Shown here: one piece after another, positions 9,507-20,770 of the stretch | Layout: every line of letters begins with the position of its first letter | How positions within the stretch are numbered: the stretch's first letter is position 1 | DNA from: a virus | Reading direction: 5' to 3' (one strand) | DNA: 64,000 nt | IMG/VR virus record: IMGVR_UViG_3300042923_000619 | Span: 132,136-196,135 of that record | Translations under genes and position numbers: made by a program | The notes under the pieces: generated by a model | What the model was told of the DNA's origin: nothing | Database searches by the model: none | The model's input: only the letters and a program-made list of their open reading frames with translations

Positions 9507-10397
9507 ATGAGTATGAATGAGTTACAAAGAATAGGAAGAATTTTAGGAGTTAAAGCAGATGTAGATGATAAAACGATGTGTCTTTTGATTCAAGATAAGA
9601 TTAAAAAAAAAGACAGTGAAGTAAAAAAGAAAAATTTTAGTAATAATGTGCTAATGGAAAAAGTTAAATCATATGAAAGTGAAATACATAATCTTAAAAA
9701 CGAATATGCAGAAAGTGTTGGACTACAAGAGTATATGATGTTAAAGAAGTCATATAATACTTTAAAGAAAGATTATAATAAAGTACTTGAGGATAGACAT
9801 AATTTGAGAAAATCAATTGAATTATATAGAGCAAATTATTTACAAGATAAAATTAAAGCAATTGAAGGAGTGAGATAAATGTTAAAATTAGTTTTAGAAA
9901 TGTTAAAGTATATTCAATAATCCAAGCTTTAGTATATGGTGTTATAATATATGGTATATTAACACTATTATAATTATATTTTAATAAATGGTGTATGGAA
10001 TATAATATTGAAACAAAAGACTTATATGCTAATTATAATCAATTTTATGATATTGATGAAGGGTTAACAGAGGAAGAATATAATACTCAATATGAAGACT
10101 TACAGAAGTATTATGATGATATTAAAACAAGTATTAAAAGATTGATAACATATTTAAAAAATACAGAACTAATAAAATGAAAAAGTTAAGGAGGGAGAAT
10201 AAAAAATGATAAAAAGAGGACTAAGAGCCAAACTTCATTTTTATGAAGATTATTCAGGGTATAGTGAAGAAGAATTAGACGAAAAACTCAAAGCTTTAGG
10301 AATAGATGCAGATAGTTTTTCTAACTATAGTGGGGATATGCCTATACATGAATACAAGTCATTAATTATACAAAATAAATTATTTCAAAACAAATAA
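9507..10397 (+). other. Small hypothetical ORFs (9507-9878, 9995-10180, 10206-10397)
   Basis: ORF track. Confidence 0.6.
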
Positions 10398-10408
10398 AGG
10401 AGAAAATA

Positions 10409-10816
10409 ATGTGGATATTAAAAGGAACTATGAGAAGAGTTTTTATTTTGAAAAATATAGCCATAAAAATACCTTTAAATATAAAAGGCTATTTAGCAAA
10501 TATTAATGAGATACATAATTGGTATAAATATAAACAATACAAAGAGCATCTATGCCCTATAATATTTCATGATTTATTAGGTTTTATAGTAGTTATGAAA
10601 AGAGTTCAGCCAGTATATGATTTAGATGAATATGATATAAGTTTTATGGATTACACTATTCCAGTATTTAATGATATAAAAAGAAATAATTTTGGATTGT
10701 TAGATGGTAAATTAGTAAAAATTGATTATGGCAATGATTTTTGGTTATATAATGTGTGGATTGATATTAAAAATAAATTTAAACAGTTTAAGAATGGCTT
10801 AAATACTAACTTGTAG
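10409..10816 (+). CDS. Minimal protein-kinase-like fold protein (135 aa)
   Basis: G-T-M-R-R-V start, AIKIP (Lys), NINE (alphaC Glu), NDIKRNNFG (catalytic loop), KIDYG (DFG-like). Confidence 0.65.
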   Translation: MWILKGTMRRVFILKNIAIKIPLNIKGYLANINEIHNWYKYKQYKEHLCPIIFHDLLGFIVVMKRVQPVYDLDEYDISFMDYTIPVFNDIKRNNFGLLDGKLVKIDYGNDFWLYNVWIDIKNKFKQFKNGLNTNL

Positions 10817-10894
10817 TCTTATGCAATTAGTATAAAATGGCTATTTTATTTAGTAGTTGAAAATTATTATCAATTAGACGAAGGAGTAAATATA

Positions 10895-12783
10895 ATGAGT
10901 AAAAAATTAGATTTTTCTAAATTAAAATTTTCAGACAAAGTAATCACCACAAAAGAAGCTTTAAAAGATGTAGAGCCTTTTAATTTAGATGAGAATGTAA
11001 AAATAAAAGTCACTGGAGATAATGATAGAATAAAATCGTTACAAGAAAAATTAAATAAAAATATGGATAAAGCAGTTAAATTAGCTGAAAAGAATACTAT
11101 TAGAAATGAAAATGATGAGGTAGTTTTTACTAAAGATGAAATTGATGACATGGAAGATTTTATAGAATAAAACAAATTAATTAATAATACACTTGAAAAG
11201 TATAAAATAGTATGGTAAGATGAGGTAAATAATAAATTAATAAGAAAGGTTGTGTGTTAAATGACAAAACAAGAAAAGAAAATATATACAGATATTATAA
11301 TGGGGGCAAATGAATTAAAAACATTATTGAATGGAAAAGAAAAAACACTAAAGAATATTAAATTTTTAAATGAACAAGAATTAATAGACAATATGAATTT
11401 TATAAATAATAAAATTAAGACTACTAATATTAGTAAAACAAAGATTGATATAAAGAAAGTTCCACATAAAATAAAAAATCCTATTACAGGTGAAATACTT
11501 ATATTCAGTCATATACTTCATGGACAGTTATCTTATATGAAAACTGTATTTGCTAGACCAGGAAAAGGTTTTGAACATGTTTCAGAAAGTGATTTATATA
11601 GGTATGAAATATTAGAACAAACTTCAACAAAAAGTTTATCACAAGAATTAAGAGAGAAATATGACAATATTTAGGCAAAGGAGGTGAGAATTATGAATAC
11701 AAGTAAATTATCAATTAAAGTTCATTTAGAAGAACCAGTATACATAGATGAAAATACTGTAGAAATCTATTTTTCAATAGGTAATACAAGACAATCTAAA
11801 CCAATAGTAGCTAAATTTAATGGACAAGTTTGGGAAACAATTAAGAATAAATAATAAATTAATGTAAGAAGGAGTGTAAAAATGATTAGATTAGATATTG
11901 ATAGATTATTAAATGCAGATGTAGGATATACTCAAACTTCAAATGGTTTAACAATCAAAATTATTGAAGACAAAGGTAATAAGGCAATAGAAATAAGAAG
12001 AGATATAACTAGTGAATTAATAAATGAAATAGAAAAAACAAAAGAAAAATTTAACTCTGTAGAGTATGAAAATGAAGAAGAACAAGCTATATACAAAGGT
12101 TTAATAAATTTTAGATTAGAAGACTTACAAAATGAATTAAAACAATTAGAAACTAGTACAGATAATGTAATTCAATTAATAAAAATTAAAAATAAAGGAG
12201 ATAGATAATTATGAGATATGGAGTAATAAGTACAAAATTAATATGTGAAAAAGAGGATAAGAAAATCGAATATGTTAGTGGAAATAGAATTATTGTAAAA
12301 CAAGGTAAAATAGATGAATACATAGTTGTAATAAAAGCTGAAGTAGAAAATAGTGAATTTAATGATTTTATTAAAGAGAATGGAGAGTTTGATTTAACTA
12401 TAGTACAAGCAATTAAAAATGTTGTAAATGGTGAAGTAGAAAAAAAAGAAACAAAAATTCCCAATATATCATTTTGTAAGAAATTCACAACATTTGATAG
12501 TAAACTTTCATATGCTAATAATATTACAATTGTATTAACAACAATAAGTTGTGAATATGAAGATATAAAGTTCATATTAGAAAGTGATAAAAAAGAAGAA
12601 TATATTAATGCAGTTATTGATGCAACTAATGAAAGTGGAAAGTTTATAAGTGAAGCTTTTAAATCAATTAAAAAGAATATTGAATTAAATATAAATTCTC
12701 AAAATATAGAAGATTTCAAAACAGGATTGGAAGCTAATATTAATAATATTGGTAAATTAATAGATTATGAACAAATTAATTAA
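10895..12783 (+). other. Hypothetical ORFs (10895-11170, 11261-11674, 11693-11854 not in track, 11882-12208, 12211-12783)
   Basis: ORF track; 11693-11854 has a GGAGGTG RBS and a 53-aa frame. Confidence 0.65.
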
Positions 12784-12855
12784 TAATAACAACTTAAAAG
12801 AAGACATTTATCGGAAGTTGTATTTTGGTAAAAGTCTTTAATATAAAATTAAAAT

Positions 12856-13716
12856 ATGAAGGAGAGATTAATAATGAAAATATTATTAAGTAACAAAACA
12901 GAGGACGGAACAGAATATATTGTAAAAATAGGAGGTGAAAGCGTTATTCTTAATGAGCAGAATGATTTAAAAATTCCAGTGGCATATGGAGAATTAGACA
13001 TATTAATAGATAGATTAAGTGAATTGAAATCTAAAATTAAACCAATAAGAGGTCAAAGAAGATTAATGAATCTATACGAAGATAGTGCTGAAGATTTTGA
13101 ATTGCCTGTATATAAGGGATTCTTTTATCCAAAAGATAAAGAAAACAATATACACCTAAGTCAAAAAGAAAGAAATGTTATAAGGATTCAGATTGAAGAT
13201 GTATTACATAAATTTGAAGGATACGTTGATGACCATTTATATAAGAATGAATTAGAATTAGCAAAAGCAGATCATAATGTTGTGATGGTGACAAGAAGTA
13301 TATTAAGTAAGCTTGACGTTGCTGATTGTAATGAGCCTAGCACTTATGATTACTATTTAACTATGGATTTAAGCAGAGATGGAGATAATAAAGCTATCTT
13401 ATTTAAAAAATATGAAAATGCACTAAAGATAGAAAAATTTATTTCTTTCTATGAAAAAGATTGTACTGCTATGGTACATAAATTCCTGAAAGAAATCAAA
13501 GGATTAAATTGTGCAATACTTATCCCAACTGTAGCTTTTGGTTGTTTAATAGTTGATTATTTTAAAGCAGAAGGGTTTGAAGACATTATAGAGATAAATA
13601 TAAAGGATATAAATAAAGCTATGAATAGTGATATGTCATATATTGGTGGTAACCGTGATGAAATATATACAAGAATTTTACTCTATACAACAAGTAAATT
13701 AGGATTAAAATTGTAA
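12856..13716 (+). CDS. Hypothetical protein; C-terminal half resembles a degenerate terminase RNase H-like nuclease domain
   Basis: YYLTMDLSRDGD...ILIPTVAFGCLIVDYF pattern, by-eye similarity only. Confidence 0.35.
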   Translation: MKERLIMKILLSNKTEDGTEYIVKIGGESVILNEQNDLKIPVAYGELDILIDRLSELKSKIKPIRGQRRLMNLYEDSAEDFELPVYKGFFYPKDKENNIHLSQKERNVIRIQIEDVLHKFEGYVDDHLYKNELELAKADHNVVMVTRSILSKLDVADCNEPSTYDYYLTMDLSRDGDNKAILFKKYENALKIEKFISFYEKDCTAMVHKFLKEIKGLNCAILIPTVAFGCLIVDYFKAEGFEDIIEINIKDINKAMNSDMSYIGGNRDEIYTRILLYTTSKLGLKL

Positions 13717-13800
13717 TAAATTATATAAAATAATAGAGTATAAAATCTCGTTTTTAATTGAATTTCGGACAAGTAAAATAAATAATGAAGGAGTAAAATT

Positions 13801-14253
13801 ATGATAAAAAATATTAGAGAAGAATTATGGAACATTATAGAAGAATCTAAAAAAGGCATCCAGTTTAGAACAGCATGGCAGGAAGATGAGTTAAGGACTA
13901 TATTAGAAGAAAGATATTCTAGAGAAAATATTGACCTATTATCAGATGAATTTCACAAAATTCAAAAAGAATATATTGATAGTAAAGATTATGATTTGCT
14001 TCATTGGTCAAATGGTGGAATTGTAAGTGGTGGAGATGATTGTTTTTATAGCGATTTTACAAGTTGGTTAGTGGGACAAGGTAAAGAAGTATACGAAGAC
14101 TATTTTAAACGAGGTATATTGGCTGTATTAGTATATATAATTGATAATAAAATAGAACAAGACGATTTTCAACATGAATGCTTAGAATATGCGTTTCTAG
14201 ATTATGACAAGGTAGAGAAAGATTTCAATAAATTAATAGAACAAAATAATTAG
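13801..14253 (+). CDS. DUF4240-like protein
   Basis: GGDDCFYSDFTSWLVGQGKEVYE resembles the SDD.F.DFR.WLI.QG motif. Confidence 0.6.
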   Translation: MIKNIREELWNIIEESKKGIQFRTAWQEDELRTILEERYSRENIDLLSDEFHKIQKEYIDSKDYDLLHWSNGGIVSGGDDCFYSDFTSWLVGQGKEVYEDYFKRGILAVLVYIIDNKIEQDDFQHECLEYAFLDYDKVEKDFNKLIEQNN

Positions 14254-14358
14254 GCTTTAATAAAAGTAATGTAGGGAAGTTACAGCTTCCCTTAAATTTG
14301 AAAATAAATTAAGTTGATATAGATTAATAATAAATTAATATAAGAAAGAGTGATATAA

Positions 14359-16055
14359 ATGAGAAAAGTATTTTTAGAAGATTTACCTAGAAAACAAGGA
14401 ATAGAGTCAAATAGTAATAAATCCACAATTGATTGGTATAATTCAGTAGGATATATAGTAAGATTTATATATGATGATATTGAAGGTGAGATTGAAATTT
14501 TAAATTATAATTCAAAAAACTATACATTGACTTGTCAGCATGTCAATAAAGTTACTGATATAAAAACATCAAGCTTTAAAAATTCTAAAATTCTAAAATT
14601 AATATCAAGATATGAAAATAATGATAAATTATTGAAATATTTAGTTAATCCTAACGATATAAATTCTAAAACTTATAAAAAAGTATTAATGAAATGTCCT
14701 TGTTGTGGTTATAAAAGAAAATTTCTATTAATCAAGTTTTACAAGCCGGTTTTTCTTGTAGAAAGTGTGGAGATTCTCAATCATATCCTGAGAAATTTGT
14801 ATTTAGTTTATTAGAACAACTGCAAGTAAATTTTGAAACAGAATATTCTCCAACGTGGGTAAGTCCTAAACGTTATGATTTTTATTTTAAATATAATAAT
14901 CAAGAATTTATTTGTGAGGTAAATGGGATTCAACATTATGAAAATACAGGATTTAAAAGAACATTAGAGGAAGAGCAAGAAAATGATAGATTTAAAAAAG
15001 AGTTGGCTATTAAGAATGGTATAAAAGAAGAAAATTATATTGTTATTGATTGTAGAAAGTCAGAGTTAGAGTGGATTAAAGATAATGATTATGGAGTATT
15101 AAATAGTAGGCTTAATGAAATATTTGATTTAAACATTATTGATTGGAATAAAGCTAACGAATTCGCTTTATCGTCAAGAGTAAGAGAAGCCTGTGATTTA
15201 TGGAATGAAAAGTATGATGTAACAGACATTTCAAAAAAAATGAAGCTCGGAAAGGAGACTATTAGACGTTATTTAAATAAAGGTGTAAAAATAGGATTAT
15301 GTACATATAACTCAAAACAAGAAATGTTAAAAGGAAGTAGAAATGGATATATGAAAAAATGTATAAAAATTATATGCCTAAATAATCTTGAAGTATTTAA
15401 TTCTGTCAGTGACGCTGGAAGAAAGTATGGTATATCTATTAGTGGAATAAATCAGTGTTGTAAGAATAACTATAAATATAATTACTTATATAGTAAAATA
15501 GAAGATGAAAATTTTGTATTTACATATTATGAAGAATATCTTAAAATGACAAAAGAGGATATAGAAAATAAATTAAAATATATACATAACAAAAAAAATA
15601 GAACTGGGGTAAAAACACCTGTAATATGTTTAAATACATTAGAAGTTTTTGATAGTGCTAAAGATGCTATGAGGAAATATATGATTAGTGAAAAAGGAAG
15701 TGGAATTGCTCGTGCATGTAAAGGGGAAAGAGGCACTTGTGGGAAACATCCTATAACAAAAGAAAAATTATCATGGATGTATTATAAGGATTATTTAAAA
15801 TTAGAAAATAAAAATGAAATAAAATCTAAGATAGAAAAAATATATTGTATAACATTAAATAAAATATTTGATACATTAAATGAAGCTTCACAATATACTA
15901 AAGTAAAAGACAAATATAGTATAAATAAATGTTGTAAAGGTAAAGTAACATATGCAGGGAAATCAGAACAAGGAATACCATTAAAATGGATGTACTACAA
16001 AGATTACATAAAACAACAATCAATACATAATGAAAATTTAGGACAAGCTATATAA
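14359..16055 (+). pseudogene. Frameshifted homing-endonuclease-like gene: Zn ribbon + Vsr/PD-(D/E)XK domain + three NUMOD1/IENR1 repeats
   Basis: One extra A at 14718-14721 joins 14359-14720 to an open frame (CRKCGDSQSYPEK...KRYDFY...CEVNGIQHY) that continues into ORF 15003-16055 with repeats (K/P)(I/V)ICLN..EVF.S..(D/E)A. Confidence 0.75.
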
Positions 16056-17345
16056 TACATATAAATACATAATTGCAAAGTACAGAAACTCACAATTTAA
16101 AAAACGTAAATAAATTAATAGAAAAATATATAGTAAATGTGTATACACTCTTAAATTTTATGATATAATAGTAATATAAAATTTAAGAGGTGAAAAAAAT
16201 GAATATAAAAGACTTTGAGGAGTTCGCTGGGATTATAAAGGATAATTATGATATAACTAAATACTTATTGAGAAATCATATAACAGAAGAGGATATTAAA
16301 AAACTTAATAAAGATGAACTTGTTGAGAAAATGTATAATAAAGAAGTAGAAATTCAAAGAGAAGAAGTTCAAAGTTATATAAATCAAATAAAATTATTAT
16401 ATGAAGTTTACAAAAGATTAAAAAAGTTCACATATAGAAAAGTTGAAATATATCCATTTTATTATTTTTTAAAATCAATAGAAGAATATGATGGATTGAT
16501 TGAAGATATAATCGAATGTTCTGCTCCAAAATATATTGAAGATTTACATGTTCATTGTAATAATGAAAAGAGATGGGTGGATTTTATATGTCAAGATAAT
16601 TTTAATTTAGAAGATTTAGAAAACGGGAAAATAAAGTTTAATAATAGTAATAATCTAAAATTATTTAACCATGTTGGGAAGGGTGTTTTTAAGCTTATAT
16701 TTGAATCAGAAACCGACTTAGATGAGTTAGAAGATTATAATTTAAGATATATAAGTGATTATTTAGAAGGAGAAATTAATTCTCAACATGATAACTTATT
16801 ACTGGAATCAGAATTGGATTGTATTGTTATGATTAATAATCAAGCAATTTATAGATTTGAAAAACGTGAAGAATCATGTTATTGTGATTGTATAGAAAGC
16901 GATTTTATGTATCATTTCATATTGTGGTATAGAAAAGAGTATCAAGATAAAGAATTTAATGGTAGTAATGTATATACAAGAGTATGGGGATATTTAGATT
17001 ATGAAAAATAAACTTGAAAAGTGCAATAGATTGTATATATAATATTATCGAATATTTAATAGAAGGAGAATTTATTTTATGAATGAACATTTACAACCAG
17101 ATTTAACAGATATCAAATATGCTTTAGAAAAATGCTTGAATACTAGAACAGTAGGAGATATAAGGGATTTATTAAATGATGGTAATATAAATCCAATATT
17201 GAAAGAATTGATAGAAGGATTAGAAATAGAAATGGCGGATGCAACGGCTAAAGATAGGTCATATCGTATGAATATTAGTTTAAAACAATTAACTGAAGCA
17301 TTTGAGGAAAATTAAGTTGTTTATTTTCATAAAGGAGAAATGACC

Positions 17346-17614
17346 ATGTGTGAATTTCCTAAATATATAATTGACAAAATCTCGGAATATAATAAAACCT
17401 TATCTTTGAAATTGAAAATAGAAATTCGAGAAGATATAAAAAATTAAATAGAAAAAAATATAAAGATTTTTTAGATGAAGATATGGATGAAGTTCTTGAT
17501 ATAATAATAGAAGCTGGTGCAATGAAAGATGGAACATTACAAGAAATAAGTAAGATTGTAAGAAAAAGATTAGAAGAAGTAAAAAAGGAGAAGCAGAAAG
17601 GTGTTACAATATGA
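17346..17614 (+). pseudogene. Frameshifted hypothetical gene
   Basis: AAGGAG RBS, ATG at 17346; A6 run at 17438-17443 is one A short of an open frame ending at TGA 17612-17614. Confidence 0.5.
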
Positions 17615-17942
17615 TAAGGCAATACACAATATTAATCGAGTTTTAAAACAAGGATTAGCAAACGATATTTATGACCAAGAAGCATTAGAATTTGCAATTG
17701 ATGTATTAAGAAGAGAAAATAAGGTTTTAGAAAAACTAGATAATGGATATGCTTGTGGCAATTGTGGTCAAATAAGTTCTGCAAAAGATATTGATTCTAC
17801 AACTAAGGAATATTTTGAAGATAGAAATATCAATGTTGTTTCTATTGAGGGGACAGGAATAAGTTTTACAGAATATATATGTCCAAAGTGTAATAGAAGA
17901 GTAATGGGTAAAGATTTTAAAAAATTGAAATAATAAGAATGG

Positions 17943-17968
17943 GGCTATAACTTGGTTGTAGCCTTTTA
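17943..17968 (+). terminator. Intrinsic terminator
   Basis: GGCTATAAC-TTG-GTTGTAGCC followed by TTTT. Confidence 0.65.
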
Positions 17969-18985
17969 ATTTTATGTAAAAACCCTTTAAAATTTGTCTT
18001 TTATCTTGATATTGATTTTCAATTGGTAAACTATAAATATTTAAATAAATTAATAGAAATACTATTGCATTGATTGGTAGATTGTGCTAATATTAGTTTA
18101 GACAAACAAATTAATAATAAAAAGGAGAGAATAAAAATGAAAACAACCAAAAGAATAAGAATAATAGCAAGTAGTCCAGCAGATTCAGGACAAGAAGGAA
18201 TTGAAGAATACATAGGAGAAGAACTTGAAGTAGTAGCATGGTGGAAAAGTAAAACTAATTCATTAGAAGATGGCGAAATACAAGTCATATTAAGAAGTGA
18301 TAAAGATTTAAATTTAAATGGTCAATTAAGTATATTAAATGAAGATGAATATGAGTTTATATAGTAACTTAGGGAATTGTAACAGATTCCCCTACCGTTC
18401 TATAAAAAAGTAAAAGGTGGTAGTTAAAATGAATGATAATTGTGATTGGGTTAAAGAAAAATATGATGGGATATTAGAAATTTATCCAAGAAAATGTTTA
18501 AATACTTTTTTGTTAGATGCTAAATTATTAGAGTTGCAAAAAGATTATAAGTTAGTACAAGTATTTCCTGATTGGATTAGAGCTTTTAAAAAGGAGTAAA
18601 TTATGGACAAGGTATGTATAAATTGCAAGTGGTGGTATAAAGCCACTTGTAATTGTAAAGAGTTAAACATAACAGCTACAACAAAAGATGATGGAGTTAA
18701 ATATGTTGAAGATGGATTGCTTTCAACCAATATTGAAGAAAGTGGATTGACTAAAGATATTATTAAAATAATAATTGTAGAACTCAAAGAACAGGATTAC
18801 ATAAAGAAAACTAAAAATATAAATAACTTTAATGAAGAAAATATAGAAAAAGAATTAATTGAAGTTATAGATGATAAATTAAGTGAAGGTATTATGAATT
18901 ACTTTGATGGTGAATGTGATGAAATTAAAATAAATAATCCTAGTGAGCTTAGTTGTTGTTACTGGGAATAAATTAAAAGAAAGGA

Positions 18986-19772
18986 TTGATTAATATAAAT
19001 ACAATTAAATTAATAAGTGGGAATTGTCTTGAAAAGATGCAAGATATAAAGGATAAGTCTATAGACTTTATACTGTGCGACTTACCTTATGGAACTACTA
19101 AATGTAAATGGGATATTATTATTTCATTTGAAGAACTATGGGAGCAATACAACAGGATTATTAAAGATAATGGAGTAATTGCGTTATTTGGACAAGAACC
19201 TTTTAGTAGTAATTTAAGGATAAGCAATTTAAAAAATTATAAATATGATTGGTACTGGAGAAAAAGCAAACCATTAGGATTTCCAAATGCTAAAAAGATG
19301 CCATTAAAAGATATAGAAATTATAAGCATCTTTTATAAAAAAACAACCTACATATAACCCACAAGGATTACAACCATATAATAAAGTAATTAATAGACCT
19401 AAATCAATGACAGAAAAAGGGAATCATATTAGTGCTTATAATGGAGGAGCATTAAAACAAGAAACATATGTTAGAGAATTTACGAATTACCCTAGACCAG
19501 TTTTAGAATTTGGAGTAGAAGGAAAATGCGTTCACCCAACACAAAAACCAGTTGATTTATTAGAATATCTTATTAAAACTTACACTGATAAAGGACAAGT
19601 TATATTAGATAATTGTATGGGAGTAGCTAGTACAGGCATTGCTTGTATGAAAACTAATAGAGATTTCATAGGAATAGAACTTGATGATACATACTTTGAA
19701 ACTTGCAAAAATAGAGTAAATACATATATAAAAGAGAATAATATGCAAGATATACATATAGAAATTATTTAG
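18986..19772 (+). pseudogene. Adenine/N4-cytosine DNA methyltransferase (beta class), split by a frameshift
   Basis: DFILCDLPYG (motif IV), HPTQKP, ILDNCMGVASTGIA (motif I); removing one A from the A7 run at 19337-19343 restores YKKQPTYNPQG and a single frame. Confidence 0.85.
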
Positions 19773-19825
19773 TAAATAAATTAAAACAAATATGCTTTTA
19801 AAAGTGATATTTTAAATGGTAATAT

Positions 19826-20767
19826 ATGGGAGGTAGTGAAATGTATAAAATATGGACAATTGAAGATATTAAAGAAGAAATTCATAAATTAGAAAAGAAA
19901 AGCAATTTTTATTTAGATAATGATGTTGAAATAAGGATTAATCCACGACTTAAAAGAACATTAGCTTGTTGTCAGTATAAATATGTAAATGAATTAACAA
20001 AATTAGATTATATGGATTTTTCAAAACATCTAGTAGATGGAACAGTTAATGAAATGGAAGTACTAGATACTATTATACATGAGTTTGCTCATATCTATAC
20101 TGATTATAATAAACCAGCAGATAAAACTAGATATGCTGATGGTCATACTCAAGAGTGGGAAGACAATACTATTATGCTTGGTGGAACAGGTGAAAAATAT
20201 TATCATGGAGATGAATTTACATACATTAAACCTGAAAATAAAACTATGATAATTAGATGTAAAGAATGTGGGAAAATATATCATACTTGTGATATGGTTT
20301 TAGGGCATGAAATATTAGAATACTATCATTGTACACAAAAAATTAACAATAAAACATGTAATGGTGAATTTGAAGTATTAGAAGATATAGCAACAGATGA
20401 AAAGAGACTAAAATGTATTAAGAGATACATAAAAGATGAACTTACTGGAAATAAACATGGTGAATTAAGAGAGTATAACGGGCATAAATATAAAATATAT
20501 CATATTAAAAATTCTAGCATTATGAATTTAAGAATAAGTTATAAAAATAATATATTTAAGATTCAAGTCACAAATAAATTAGCAAGAATAAAAGACTATG
20601 AAGATAAAGATTGTTATAAAACAGTAATATCAGATGTTAAAAAATATTTAGAAAACAATAAATTATTTAAGTTTATAAATGATTTAAAAATGATTCATAA
20701 GGGTGAAGATAAATATGAATTTTCTTTTCCTTTAGATATAGAAAATATAAGTTTAGCAGAAATATAG
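19826..20767 (+). CDS. SprT-like zinc metalloprotease domain protein
   Basis: INPRLKRTLA, TIIHEFAH (HExxH), GHTQEW, followed by a CKECG Zn ribbon. Confidence 0.8.
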   Translation: MGGSEMYKIWTIEDIKEEIHKLEKKSNFYLDNDVEIRINPRLKRTLACCQYKYVNELTKLDYMDFSKHLVDGTVNEMEVLDTIIHEFAHIYTDYNKPADKTRYADGHTQEWEDNTIMLGGTGEKYYHGDEFTYIKPENKTMIIRCKECGKIYHTCDMVLGHEILEYYHCTQKINNKTCNGEFEVLEDIATDEKRLKCIKRYIKDELTGNKHGELREYNGHKYKIYHIKNSSIMNLRISYKNNIFKIQVTNKLARIKDYEDKDCYKTVISDVKKYLENNKLFKFINDLKMIHKGEDKYEFSFPLDIENISLAEI

Positions 20768-20770
20768 GAG

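Larger units (their letters stand above)
16190..18971 (+). other. Hypothetical ORFs (16190-17011, 17079-17315, 17601-17933 Zn-ribbon, 18074-18364, 18417-18599, 18603-18971)
   Basis: ORF track; CGNCG/CPKC in 17601-17933. Confidence 0.65.

Noticed and set aside
14715-14730. Programmed -1 frameshift in the homing endonuclease gene
   Set aside because: A_AAA_TTT is not a canonical X_XXY_YYZ slippery heptamer and no stimulatory structure is evident; a simple indel is more likely
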